Position numbers and translations under genes: made by a program. The notes under the pieces are model-generated. The model was not told where the DNA came from. It saw nothing but the letters and a program-made list of their open reading frames with translations, and ran no database searches. A stretch of 64,000 nucleotides of DNA, taken from assembly GCA_002269645.1 (NCBI GenBank), contig NIVC01001134.1, forward strand, positions 289,691 through 353,690. The letters are read 5' to 3'. Shown piece by piece: positions 50,785 through 63,965 of this stretch (position 1 is the stretch's first letter; every line of letters begins with the position of its first letter). The DNA is from Macrostomum lignano (lineage: Eukaryota).

Positions 50785-53700
50785 TTATTCGCTGACTTCC
50801 TCAAAATATGCAGGCCGACCCATGCTCTGCAGCGGTATGCTCTCGCAGGCCTGAAATTTGTTTCAGATTTTTCTACTAGCTTATTCATGTCGACTCGCTG
50901 AGACTTACAGTGGGGGAATGAGTACATTAGGTGGGTCTAAGAATTAAGAAAACGACACGCTAGGGACTTCTGGGAAGGAAGGGACACACTAGGGGGTTCT
51001 GGAAAAGAAGAGACACACTAGTGGGTTCTGGGAAGGAAGAGACACACTAGGGGGTTCTAGAAAAGAAGAGACACACTAGTGGGTTCTGGGAAGGAAGGGA
51101 AACACTATATAGGGACTTCTGGAAAGGAACGGACACACTGGGGACTTCTGGGAAGGCAGAGACACTAGGGACTTCTGGGAAGGAACGGACACACTGGGGA
51201 CTTCTGGGAAGGCAGAGACACTAGGGACTTCTGGGAAGGAAGAGACACACTAGGGACTTCTGGGAAGGAAGAGACACACTAGGGACTTCTGGGAAGGAAG
51301 AGACACACTAGTGGGTTCTGGGAAAGAAGAGACACACTAGTGGGTTCTGGGAAAGAAGAGACACACTAGTGGGTTCTGGGAAAGAAGAGACACACTAGTG
51401 GGTTCTGGGAAGGAAGAGACACACTAGGGGGTTCTGGGAAGGAAGAGACACACTAGTGGGTTCTGGGAAAGAAGAGACACACTAGGGGGTTCTGGGAAGG
51501 AAGAGACACACTAGGGGGTTCTGGGAAAGAAGAGACACACTAGTGGGTTCTGGGAAAGAAGAGACACACTAGGGGGTTCTGGGAAAGAAGAGACACACTA
51601 GTGGGTTCTGGGAAAGAAGAGACACACTAGTGGGTTCTGGGAAAGAAGAGACACACTAGGGGGTTCTGGGAAGGAAGGGACACACAAAGGACTTTGGGAA
51701 GCGAGAGGCACGACTAACTTCTGGGTTTTCTGTGGGTTTCTTCTGTAAGAAGCTGGGGGGGGGGGGTTCTGTGAAAGCAAAAATAGCATCTCACTTCCAT
51801 TGTCTCCCGATCGTCCCGCAGGCGTTGGCTCCCTCCGCGGGTTCTCCCTGCCGTCAGTCGCTCATTGAGATCCCTCCTGCTCCTACGTGCCGACCTTTGC
51901 TGAGACCTGTAGTCTGCTAGCTGAGGTGGACTGGCGCTGTTGTTGTTGTTGATGCCATTGCTAGCCGTGTTGTCCCTGCTGCCTCTGAAGGCCATTCGCG
52001 GCCGGTTTCCAGCATCCAGCCAGGCTGCCAAGTGCAGCTTCCTGGCCTGGCGTCGCAACTCGTTCCGGACCTCGGAGTTGATAAAACAGAACAGCAGGGC
52101 GGCGAAAAAGCCCTGTGGATTGTCGGAGATGAAGATAGTGTTCCTCCAAGAAAAAAGCGTAATTGAGGCTAAACAAGCTCGATGCATTGCAGGAGCTCAT
52201 ACATGTCTACATGTACCAAGACAAGAGACAGAGGCCTACACCAAGAAACGTACAAATTGCTGCGTACGAGTGCTCCATAGGTCTTTATATCGAATTGTTC
52301 CCAATCAATATCAACCTTTGACTTACCTGGAATGAGTTAAAGAAGTGCTCATAATAGAGGTGCACAATAGTTAGCGTTTTGCCCAGCTTGTCCTTGGGCA
52401 CCATGGTGACGGGTAGAAAGATGAGATAGTAAATGCCGAACACCAGGATGAGGAGGCAGGTAGACTTCCACAGCTTCCTGGGAATGTCGGACAGATTTTG
52501 GTGCCTCTTTGAAGTATCGAAATTCGAAACTTTATACCTTGAGAGATACGCCTCATATTCTCTTCTTGCTACTCTTTAGTGAACAAACTCGTATGTAGTT
52601 AACAACACGTAGAAAGCCAAATGCATTCGGGGCTTCTGGGCGAAAATTGGCTGAGGTCTTGTCGTGCAATTCATGTCCACGAGGGCCAACCCCCAGGGCA
52701 CAGAGTGTACATGTCTGATAATTAGAAAGTCAGGGCTGCACTACACCCTGTGTGAGCGAGTGCATGAGTGCCTGTCTGTGTACAGTATTGGCGCGCTTGC
52801 ATGTGCTCAGGTGTCAAGGGAGTTGGGAGAATTGCCTCAGCATCTCGGGGATCTCAGGACGAAGTTGTCGCCAAAAGCGTTGTGCCAGGGTGCCGGCAAT
52901 TTATTATATAATATTATTATTGACGCTTATTGAACATCATCAGGACTCACAAATAGGGCTGAACTGTCGGTGCATCGGCTGGCGCCTGCCGTCTCAGCTT
53001 GATGAAGAGCTCGCGCACAATTTTCGCGAACAGAATGGCGTTCAGCTGCGGAGAAATTTTTTTGTTTGTGTGCACGGATGCAGAGTTTGTGGTCGACTGG
53101 TTGAAGTTTTCTGCTGCTTGTGATGATTAATCTTTCTGTACTGCGAGTAGCTAGATGGTTCAACTACTTATTATGTCCCTGTGAACGTCTCCCATACATG
53201 TAGACAGACAAAAATATGATTTCAAAGTGGTCGTGCAATGCTAAGTCTGAACTCATTAATAAATCATTCTGAAAAAAGTGACACCCATGCAGTGACAGTG
53301 GCGAAATGCAATTTTACTGAAGTCCCCGAAAAGACTCGAGAGTGTGCCGGCCATTGGGCCAGCAGTGCTCACCAGCACTAGCAGCGCCAAGTAGACGTTG
53401 AGCAGCCAGATGTCGGGGCCAAGCGGCTTGAACTCGCGCCAGCAGTTCGTGTTGTCAAACAGCAGTCTGAGCAGCACCCAGACCATCGTGACTAGACTGC
53501 TCAGGCCTAAAATGTAAATAAATAGATAAAATTGTGACTTATTTGAGTTCTATCTGATGACTCATTTGAGATCTATCCTGTGACTCATTTGAGTCCTATC
53601 TTGTGACTCATTTGAGATCTATCTTGTGACTCATTTTTGAGATGTACCTTGTGACTTATTTGAGTCCTATCTTGTGACTTATTTGAGTTATATCTGATGA

Positions 53701-55468
53701 CTCATTTTTGAGATGTACCTTGTGACTCATTTGAGATCTATCCTGTGACTTATTTGAGTTATATCTGATGACTTATTTGAGTTATGTCTGATGACTTATT
53801 TGAGTTATGTCTGATGACTTATTTGAGTTATGTCTGATGACTTATTTGAGTTATGTCTGATGACTTATTTGAGTTATGTCTGATGACTTATTTGAGTTAT
53901 GTCTGATGACTTATTTGAGTTATGTCTGATGACTTATTTGAGTTATATCTGATGACTTATTTGAGTTATGTCTGATGACTTATTTGAGTTATGTCTGATG
54001 ACTTATTTGAGTTATGTCTGATGACTTATTTGAGTTATGTCTGATGACTTATTTGAGTTATGTCTGATGACTTATTTAAGATCTATCTTGTGACTCATTT
54101 GAGATCTGTCCTGAGGCTTATTTGAGATCTATCTTGTGACTCATTTGAGATTCATTTTGTGACTCATTTAAGATCTATCTTGTGACTTATTTGAGATCCA
54201 TCTTGTGACTCAAGTGACTCATTTGAGATCTATCTTGTGACTTATTTGAGTCCTATCCTGAGACTCATTAGAGATCTATCTTGTAACACATTTGAGATCT
54301 ATCTTGTGACTCATTTGTGATCTGTTTTGTTAAGTTTGTGATTAAAATTATGGCTCATTTTGTATCCATATTATGGCGCCTAAGTTCTAAGTCCTGCGTG
54401 TACTTTAAATAATCGCAAACTGCCCGAGTCAGACACTAACCCCAGCCAATGGCAAGGTAGCCGGGCGTTGACAGTCGTTCGTTGCCCATGCCGCTGACAA
54501 AGATCAGTATGTACAGGTGCAGGGCCTCGACAAAGACCCAGGTGAAACTCCCAATCACTGTGAAGGTCATTAACGTTTGGTTAAGCCGACACAGAGTTGT
54601 CTGAAATTTTTATGGCGAAAAATGATACCTATATAGCTCTTTACTTGCTACTGACAAACACTCAGCGCTAGTAGTATCAACTTCATTTTTCCAAAAATCT
54701 TTAGAAACTGCTTTACGCTTTAAAGACGCTCGGCTTACCTGATCGTTCTCAGACAAGGCCCTGTTAACAAAATGGCTGACTGCTCGCAGCGTGAATGCCA
54801 AGTACAAATTGATGTGGATGAAGTTGCGACGGCAGTGAAGGCGCCTGTAGAAAGGAAAGGAGGTGATGGCACGATAAGCATGTGCAGTTGGGAGCCAGAA
54901 AAGGAATGGAAAGAGTACATTTTCCAACAGTGGAGCATGTACAGGCAGAGATATTCTACAGTGAAAATTTTGCTAGCTAATAGGATGCCAGGTAGGACCA
55001 TAGACAACAGCCCTTTTTACTTATTCAAGAAGATGCAATAAAAGTTTGGTATTCTCCGACAACCGAAAATTTGTACATTTAAACCTTCAGAATGCCTGAC
55101 AGTTAGAACAAAATACTCATTTAGTTTATAAATATGCTTTCACCTCTTAGAGCTACTTGACTAAATCCCCTGGCTTCGAACACGACAGGAAATGAGTTTT
55201 TTCACCCTTTGAGACGGAAAAATATTTTACCGAAAGCTCGTCAAAATAACGATGCCAATCAGCAGAGTGGATAGAGAGAGGCTGTGCCCGACCAGCCCAA
55301 TCATGCTCATGATGGCCAGGTGTCTCTGCAATTTGTTAGGTTGGAAACAACTTAGCAGACACTTGCTATGACGCACATCAACATCGAGTTACATCATGAC
55401 AGACAAGCAGACACTGAGACAGGCAATAAGACAGACAGACAGACATGCAGACAGACAGACAGACACTA

Positions 55469-55541
<73 letters not shown>

Positions 55542-55610
55542 CTAAGACAGACACACAGACAGGCAGACACTAAGACAGACACACAGACAGGCAGACACTA
55601 AGACGGACAC

Positions 55611-55677
<67 letters not shown>

Positions 55678-55756
55678 GGCAGGCAGCCAGACAGACAGAC
55701 ACTAAGACACTAAGACACTGAGACAGACAGACAGACACTAAGACAGACAGACACTA

Positions 55757-55789
<33 letters not shown>

Positions 55790-57253
55790 GGCAGACAGAC
55801 AGACAGACAGACAGGCAGACAGACAGGCAGCCAGACAGACAGACAGACAGACAGACACTAAGACACTGAGACAGACAGACAGACAGATACTAAGACAGAC
55901 AGATAGACAGGCACTAAGACAGACAGGCAGACAGACAGACAGACAAACCTTCGCAACAGCTCTTTCATCGGCAGCGGCAGCATCAAAACTTGATGAAGAG
56001 GATTCCACGGCCAGGCAGTCGGAGAAGTTGGTCCAGCCGCCCAGGTGCCAGGTGCCGTTAGCGTGGCACATCCTGGTTGCGTACCTGTCCCGCTGCACTT
56101 CATTCAAGTAGTCCGGGCAGAGCTGGCGCCCGAAAGTGCCAGCCGGCACCGTCGGCCAGCACAGAACACCGTCAAAGGCTGGACGGCAGCCGGCGGCATC
56201 CGACTGACTCTGCGACGCACCGTGCGCTTTTTTTACTTGGGCGCAGAGGTGCCTCTCCAGCCTGAGTCGAAGCTGCTGGGTCTCGTTGCTCACCTGTGTC
56301 AGGCGCACCTGTTTTTGATGGCGAGGAACCGAAATGAGTATAATAATTACATTTATGGCTGCGATTTTGTGCAGTCTGGGGCCCGCCTAACCGCAGAGAG
56401 CGGCGCTGTTCCAGGCGCTGTTCCAGGCGGTGTTCCAGGCGGTGTTTGAGACCATGCCGACAAGTAGGCTTTGTCAGACTCGCTCGAACAGCCAATTGGA
56501 ATGCCATCGCACACCTTTTTCGACGCAGCATATGACACATCTATGACACACGTATGATACAACTGTGACACATCTATGACACACCTATGATACATCTATG
56601 ACACACCTATGATACATCTATGACATACCTATGATACATCTATGACACCTGTTTAGAGACACCTGTGTTTAGACACACCTGTGACACACCTGTGACACGC
56701 CTATGATACACCTATGATACACCTATGACTCCCCTATTCACACCCTATGATACACCTATGACACGCCTGAGACACCTGTGAAACACCTAGTGAGGACACC
56801 TATGACAAAAAATCCAGAAAAAAATGCCAATGGTCTGTAGTAAATTCTCAAGAACTTTTAGCCGCTTACCAACTCGTACAGGCTTCTTGCCAGACTGGCA
56901 TTGCGCTCTGAGCAGTCGGAGTAGGCAGTGAGCGGGTGAAACTCGCCACCATCGCTGCCGCTGCTCCGCCATCGACCATCGGCCTGGCAGCGTCGTTTGG
57001 CGAAGCGCACTCGGCCTTCATTGCCGAACACCTGGCCGGGACAGGGCAGGGACGCGTCGGAGCTCGCGGGCGCCGGTGGCCAGCATAGGAAGCCGTCGAA
57101 TTGCCCGGAGCACTTGCTGGCAGCAGTGGCGGCGCCGGAGGTGGCGAGGCTCGTCAGGCGGCCCAGCGCCAGTTGAGACTGGCAGCTCTGCTCGGCCCTG
57201 CGGAGCTGCTCAACCAGTTCCTCCTGGCTCAGGCTGGGCGTGCCCTGCTGGGC
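50785..57253 (-). CDS. Class B1 (secretin-family, PTH-receptor-like) GPCR with two hormone-binding domains. Exons: 57253-56870, 56308-55949, 55325-55231, 54844-54739, 54600-54441, 53506-53373, 53045-52951, 52477-52327, 52112-51795, 50850-50785 (signal-peptide exon not found)
   Basis: FDGxLCWP and C...DG/NG.W ectodomain motifs (twice); FR|RLHCRRNFIHINL; WVFVEALHLY; IGW|G; NCW; KST...FGIYY; FFNSFQ|GFFAALLFCFINSEV. All splice phases join into one 1869-nt frame. Confidence 0.93.
50950..51720. repeat. ~30-bp minisatellite in the last GPCR intron (GGTTCTGGGAAAGAAGAGACACACTAG core)
   Basis: Direct reading. Confidence 0.94.
52615..52850 (+). mobile_element. Diverged SINE-related copy in a GPCR intron
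   Basis: GTGCAATT...GGCCAACCCCCAGGGCACA...GTGTACATG...AAAGTCAGGGC resembles the middle of the 33411 SINE. Confidence 0.45.
53530..54320. repeat. ~23-bp minisatellite (TGATGACTTATTTGAGTTATGTC) in a GPCR intron
   Basis: Direct reading. Confidence 0.93.
55400..55945. repeat. (GACA)n-based microsatellite in a GPCR intron
   Basis: Direct reading; starts at the donor GTTTGTCTGTC. Confidence 0.95.
56530..56805. repeat. 11-bp degenerate repeat (ACACCTATGAT) between the two ectodomain exons
   Basis: Direct reading. Confidence 0.85.
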
Positions 57254-57274
57254 CTGCAAGGTTATGTGGGGTCA

Positions 57275-57900
57275 GCATCTGACAACTGAAGTCCCGAATC
57301 TGACAGCTGGAGTCCCGAATCTGACAGCTGGAGTCCCGAATCTGACAGCTGGAGTCCCGAATCTGACAGCTGGAGTCCCGAATCTGACAGCTGGAGTCCC
57401 GAATCTGACAGCTGGAGTCCCGAATCTGACAGCTGGAGTCCCGAATCTGACAGCTGGAGTCCCGAATCTGACAGCTGGAGTCCCGAATCTGACAGCTGGA
57501 GTCCCGAATCTGACAGCTGGAGTTCTAAATCTGACAACTGGAGTCCCGAATCTAACAGTTGGAGTCCCGAATCTTAAAGTTGGAGTCCCGACAGTTTGAG
57601 TCCCCAATCTGACTGCTGGAGTCCCGAATCTGACAGCTGGAGTTCTAAATCTGACAACTGGAGTCCCGAATCTAACAGTTGGAGTCCCGAATCTGACAGC
57701 TGGAGTCCCGACAGTTTGAGTCCCCAATCTGACTGCTGGAGTCCCGAATCTGATAACTGGAGTCCCGAATCTGACAGTTGGAGTCCCGACAGCTGGAGTC
57801 CCGAATCTGACAGCTGGAGTCCCGACAGCTGGAGTCCCGAATCTGACAGCTGGAGTCCCGACAGCTGGAGTCCCGAATCTGACAGCTGGAGTCCCAAATC
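57275..57900. repeat. 21-bp minisatellite (CTGGAGTCCCGAATCTGACAG)
   Basis: Direct reading. Confidence 0.96.
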
Positions 57901-58579
57901 TGCTCAGACGTCAGCCAAGTAAGTTCACTCAGTGCGGACATAAATAATTCATTGGGTTCTGTTAAGGGAGCTCGGAGTGCCCGATGGCCTCAAAAGCGGC
58001 CCAGTGCAAATTCTGATTGAAAGCGGGATCAATAAAACGAAAAAACGAACAAAGGAAGATAGTCTTGTACTCTGATAATTTTTCTCGAAGAGCACAGGGA
58101 ATTGAGCTTTGCTCAGCTGGAAATGAAATCTCAAAATTCTATTTTAGCGAAGCAGAGCCCCTCAGCAGTGGCGCGGAACAGGTGTCTGTTTTGCCGGGAT
58201 TCGCTGGCTCAGTTCCTTTTATTCCTTCATGAGCCCTGGTTGAGAGTGCGAGAGAAGAGCAAAAAACAGACGGCCTACTCGCAATTTTATTGAGGCAGCT
58301 GCGACAAGATGGCTCTGCCGAAAATTCGACTGTTTGCACAGAGGGAATTCTTGATTCAACCATGAAATTCCCATCGGTTCTGCGCGGGGATATTGCACAG
58401 TCTATTTTCAACTCAAAACGGCTGTAACATCCTAAAAGAGACTGGCATCGTCTGCAGTGAAGACAGCGGGGCTAGCAAAATCAGATTGCTAATGCTACGC
58501 TCGTACTTGGTTGCAGAATCCAAAGTACACCATGTCATCATAAAATTATTCTCATTGAGCTTTGCCTTGAGATTCGAAC

Positions 58580-59265
58580 TTGTGAAGATTCGGTATTGTG
58601 AATATTCGATATTGTGAATATTTGATATTGTGAAGATTCGATATTGTGAATATTCGATATTGTGAAGACTAGATATTGTGAAGACTAGATATTGTGAAGA
58701 TTCGATATTGTGAAGATACGAATTAGTGAAGATTCGATATTGTGAAGATTCGATATTGTGAAGATTCGATATTGTGAAGATTCGATATTATGAAGATTCG
58801 ATATTGTGAAGAAGATTCGATATTTTGAAGATTCGATATTGTGAAGATTCGATATTGTGAAGATTCGATATTGTGATGATTCGATATTGGGAAGATTCGA
58901 TATTGTGAAGACTCGATATTGTGAAGATTCGATATTGTGAATATTCGATATTGTGAAGATTCGATATTGTAAAGATTCGATATTGTGAAGACTCGATATT
59001 GTGAAGATTCGATATTGTGAAGATTCGATATTGTGAAGACTCGATATTGTGAAGATTCGATATTGTGAAGCTTCGATATTGTGAAGATTCGATATTGTGA
59101 AGACTCGATATTGTGAAGATTCGATATTGTGAAGACTCGATATTGTGAAGATTCGATATTGTAAATATTCGATATTGTGAAGATTCGATATTGTGAAGAC
59201 TCGATATTGTGAAGATTCGATATTGTGAAGATTCGATATTGTAAATATTCGATATTGTTCGATAT
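58580..59265. repeat. 16-bp minisatellite (GAAGATTCGATATTGT)
   Basis: Direct reading. Confidence 0.96.
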
Positions 59266-59624
59266 TATTATGAATTTACAGACTGGAATCGACCCATGCG
59301 GGGCTCTTAGTAATGTTCTATAATGCACTAATACGTAATTCACTGTTAAAACTGAATCCTGAAAATTCTTTGAGCTGTAGTCGACTGACTCTCTATGAGT
59401 AAAGATATATTCGAGTTATTTATGAAACTTTTTACTGGCTTAGAGCAAGGATTTTTGGCACACTGATGCTCATAAATCTTATTTATCGAATGCTTCAGGA
59501 ATGACACTGAAAGTCGATGCACTGCATACAAATGAGGACCTTTCGCAGGTCTCGAATTTCGCATGCCTAAATTTGGGAAATTTCCGAAATAATAATCTCC
59601 ATATCTCCCAACGATTGTGAAGCT

Positions 59625-60320
59625 TTAAGGTCGTGAAGTTTGGGGTCGTGAAGTTTGGGGTCGTGAAGTTTGGGGATTGTGAAGTTTGGGATCGTGAAGT
59701 TTGGGGATCGTGAAGTTTGGGGTCGTGAAGTTTGGGGTCGTGAAGTTTGGGGATCGTGAAGTTTGGGATCGTGAAGTTTGTAGATTGTGAAGTTTGGGGA
59801 TTGTGAATTTGGGGATTGCGAAGTTTGGGGTCGTGAAGTTTGGGGTCGTGAAGTTTGGGAATCGTGAAGTTTGGGGATCGTGAAGTTTGGGGATTTTGAA
59901 TTTGGGGATTGTGAAGTTTGGGGATTGTGATTTGGGGATTTTGAATTTGGGGATCGTGAAATTTGGGGATCGTGAAGTATGGGGATCGTGAAGTTTGGGG
60001 ATTGTGAATTTTGGGATTGCGAAGTTTGGGGATCGTGAAGTTTGGGGATCGTGAAGTTTGGGGTCGTGAAGTTTGAGGATCGTGAAGTTTGGGGATTGTG
60101 AATTTGGGGATTGCGAAGTTTGGGGTCGTGAAGTTTGGGGTCGTGAAATTTGGGGATCGTGAAGTTTGGGGATCGTGAAGTTTGGGGATCGTGAAGTTTG
60201 GGGATCGTGAAGTTTGGGGATCGTGAAGTTTGGGAATCGTGAAGTTTGGGGATTTTGAATTTGGGGATTGTGAAGGTTGGAGATTGTGAAGTTTGGGGAT
60301 CGTAAAACGTTAGGGATTGT
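59625..60320. repeat. 16-17-bp minisatellite (GGGGATCGTGAAGTTT)
   Basis: Direct reading. Confidence 0.95.
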
Positions 60321-60824
60321 GAATATGAAATTTCAGGGATTTTAAAGTGGGGGAGCTGAGATAAATATCCTGTCTTTATGGCAAGCCGGCCCCAGTGAAG
60401 AACGCTGCATTCGAAATTGGCTCAAATTGGCGCATTTGCAGCCTCAGTTGCCTCATCACAATTATCGCCGGCAGGTTGCGCGCCAAATTCGAACTGAGGA
60501 AGCCAAGATGGAAACATGCAGGTGACTCTCAACAAGCCTGGATGCTGGGGGCTCAGCTGCAGTCAGATTTTCGATGGCCTCCTTCTTAAACCAGGCAGCT
60601 GCTTAAGCGGCCTCTTTGTTTTGGTTTGGGCGGCAGTAAAAATTGCAGAGCGGGATTCTGATCAGAGAAAAGATGCGAAAATTTTCTATCTGCAAACTAA
60701 TTGCACCGACTTCGCAGCTGCCTGATCTCGAAAATCTGGAGAGCAGAGAGAAGTGTGTTTATTATTGATTGCTTTAGCGGGCGCATTGCAGAACAGTTTC
60801 ACAGCGTTGCTGATTAAATTGGCG

Positions 60825-61975
60825 CCTGTTTCTTGATTTTGGCGCCTGCTTCTTGATTGATTTGGCCGCCTGTTCTTTATTGATTTTGGCGCTGCTTCTT
60901 TATTGATTTTGGCGCCTGCTTCTTGATTGATTTTGGCGCCTGCTTATTGATTTTGGCGCCTGCTTCTTGATTTTGCAACCTGCTTCTTGATTTTGGTGAC
61001 TTTTGTTGATTTTGGCGCCTGATTCTTGATTTTGACGCCTGCTTTTGATTTTGTTGACTTTTTGTTGATTTTGGCGCCTGATTCTTGATTTGTGCGCCTG
61101 CTTCTTGATTTTGGCGCCTGCTTCTTGATTTTGGCAACTGTTTCTTGATTTTGGCGACTGTTTCTTGATTTTGTTGACTTTTTGTTGATTTTGACGCCTG
61201 ATTCTTGATTTTGGCGCCTGCTTCTTGATTTTGGCAACTGTTTCTTGATTTTGGCGCCTGCTTCTTGATTTTGGCAACTGTTTCTTGATTTTGGCGACTG
61301 TTTCTTGATTTTGGCGCCTGATTCTTGATTTTGACGCCTGCTTCTTGATTTTGGTGACTTTTTGTTGATTTTGGGCCTGATTCTTGATTTGTGCGCCTGC
61401 TTATTGATTTTGGCGCCTGCTTATTGATTTTGGCGACTGTTTCTTGATTTTACAACCTGCTTCTTGATTTTCGCGCCTGTTTTTTTATTTTGGCCTTCTT
61501 CTTGATTTTGGCGACTGTTTCTTGATTTTGCAACCTGCTTCTTGATTTTGGCGCCTGCTTTTTTATTTTGGCGACTGTTTCTTGATTTTGGCGACTGTTT
61601 CTTGATTTTGGCGACTTTCTTGATTTTGGCGACTGTTTCTTGATTTTGCAACTGCTTCTTGATTTTGGCGCCTTCTTCTTGATTTTGGCGACTGCTTCTT
61701 GATTTTGCAACCTGCTTCTTGATTTTGGCGCCTGTTTTTTATTTTGGCGACTGTTTCTTGATTTTGGCGACTGTTTCTTGATTTTTGGCGACTGTTTCTT
61801 GATTTTGGGCCTGCTTCTTGATTTTGGCGCTGCTTCTTGATTTTGGGCCTGCTTCTTGATTTTGGCGACTGTTTCTTGATTTTGGCGACTGTTTCTTGAT
61901 TTTGGGCCTCCTTATTCATTTGGCACCTGCTTCTTAATTTTGGCGCCTGCTTCTTGATTTTGGCGCCTGCTATTT
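60825..61975. repeat. ~20-bp minisatellite (CTTGATTTTGGCGCCTGCTT)
   Basis: Direct reading. Confidence 0.95.
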
Positions 61976-62059
61976 TAGTTTTGGCAACTTATGGATTTTG
62001 TGTCCTGTTAAAGTTTCGATGGCTGTTATTTTTAATTTTTAGACTTTCGATCAAATATT

Positions 62060-62432
62060 GCCTTGAAGTGGACACATTTGCCTTGAAGTGGACACCCCAG
62101 TCTCGAAGTGAACACCCCAGTCTCGAAGTGAACACCCCAGTCTCGAAGTGAACACCCCAGTCTCAAAGTGAACACCCCAGTCTCAAAGTGCAGACACCTC
62201 GGTCTTGAAGTGGACACTTTGCCTCGAAGTGAACACCCAGTCTCGAAGTGGACACTCCTGCAGTCTCGAAGTGGACACCCCAGTCTCGTAGTGGACACCT
62301 TTGCCTCGAAGTGGACACCCAGTCTCGAAATTTGACACCCCCAGTCTGAAGTGGACACCTAGTCTCGAATTGGACCCCAGTCTCGTAGTGGACACCTTTG
62401 CCTCGAAGTGGACACCAGTCTAAAAGTGGACA
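62060..62432. repeat. ~20-bp minisatellite (CTCGAAGTGAACACCCCAGT)
   Basis: Direct reading. Confidence 0.92.
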
Positions 62433-62989
62433 CAAAATTCACAACTCAAGAATATCTGCATGTAAAGTTCAATTAGCAACAAAAAGCTCGGAATCTACCA
62501 TTGTTGCTGTGCTGGTGAAAGCGCAGATTAGCATCAGAACTTCAGTCCGCGAGCTTGTTCGCCGAAAAGCAGATGACGTCATGCTGGCGCTCATAAATAG
62601 CTTGGTGCAAGATCTGCCAGAGCCGAAGAAACAGCGTTCATCAAAGCTTTGCCGTCCAGGCAGCCTGTCCAGCTGTTTTGTCCTCAAAGATTTTCTCTTC
62701 CCTAGAAGAACTGGCTGGTTAGCAGAGCCAATCGAGGACGGCGTCATGGCCACACCATGGACTGCCGGCGGCACGGAACACTGCGTAGTCATGGAGCTCT
62801 GAGCTTAGCTATCTGGACTGGCAGCTGGAATCGCACCCAGCACAATTTCCCCACACAGTTTCTTTCAAGCAAATCTTCTACTTTCTCAAATTGGGTCTAA
62901 ACAGCACCAATATTTAGAATGAAATGTTTTTTTAACTGTGATCATTTTGTGTCAGAGTTGATCACGGATTTATCTTTGCTAAAATCAAG

Positions 62990-63045
62990 CAAACAGACAG
63001 ACAGACAGAGAGACAGACAGACAGACAGACAACAGACAGACAGAC

Positions 63046-63082
<37 letters not shown>

Positions 63083-63134
63083 AGACAGACAGACAGACAG
63101 ACGACAGACAGACAGACAGACACTAAGACAGACA

Positions 63135-63167
<33 letters not shown>

Positions 63168-63215
63168 ACACAGACAGACAGACGACACACAGACAGACAG
63201 ACAGACAGACACAGA

Positions 63216-63291
<76 letters not shown>

Positions 63292-63385
63292 CAGACAGAA
63301 CAGCACAGACAGAGACAGACAGACAGACAGACAGACACTAAGACAGACAGACAGACAGACAGACACTAAGACTAAGACATAAGAC
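62990..63385. repeat. Imperfect (GACA)n microsatellite
   Basis: Direct reading. Confidence 0.95.
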
Positions 63386-63899
63386 ACATTCTCAGCTGGA
63401 AAATCCAGATCTTTGTTCAAGCTCGAGCTCCTGCCGAGCTGCTCTGCGGGGTCGTAAACAGGCTGACCTTTGCATCAGGGGGAGAGGGGAGCTCAGTGCG
63501 CGTCGGCCACAACGAGTTGTGCAGAGCGGAAAGTTTTTAATATTTTTTCCTGCGAAAATGAGATTGGCCGGGTTCAATTCAGTAAATTTAACTGGGCTAC
63601 AGGCCACACACGCAGTGCTACTGTCTGTACTTGTAAATCTGCACGCTAGCAGTGCATGAAATAATTGTTTTCTTTAACTCTGACAGTTTCAACATGATCG
63701 TGCAAACAGCCTCTCCCGCTTCATATCTCCGCTTAATTCTCTATACAGCTGTTTCTGCTTGCTTATATAATGGAGCTCGATTGTGCGTGTTTACCTGACG
63801 GAGTTGACGTAGATAAGAAAGGTTAACAACTTTGACAAAACAAGTCTTCAATAATTGATTGATTTGAGCTGATATCACTTATTGGCGGTTTGTTTAAGT

Positions 63900-63965
63900 C
63901 GTACTGTGGGAGTCGACCTTCAAGTCGTGATTCCGACGCTCTGACCAACTAGGCTACACCCCGCC
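63900..63965 (-). pseudogene. tRNA-like head (tRNA pseudogene or SINE 5' end)
   Basis: Reverse strand reads GGTGTAGCCTAGTTGGTCAGAGCG with an A box (63945-63956) and a shortened B-box-like GGTCGACTCCC; too short for a full cloverleaf. Confidence 0.5.

Noticed and set aside
57900-62810. Candidate signal-peptide exon of the GPCR or a further gene in islands at 58.0-58.5, 60.4-60.8 and 62.4-62.8 kb
   Set aside because: No hydrophobic ATG-led exon with a phase-0 donor could be identified, and the ORFs there have no recognisable features.
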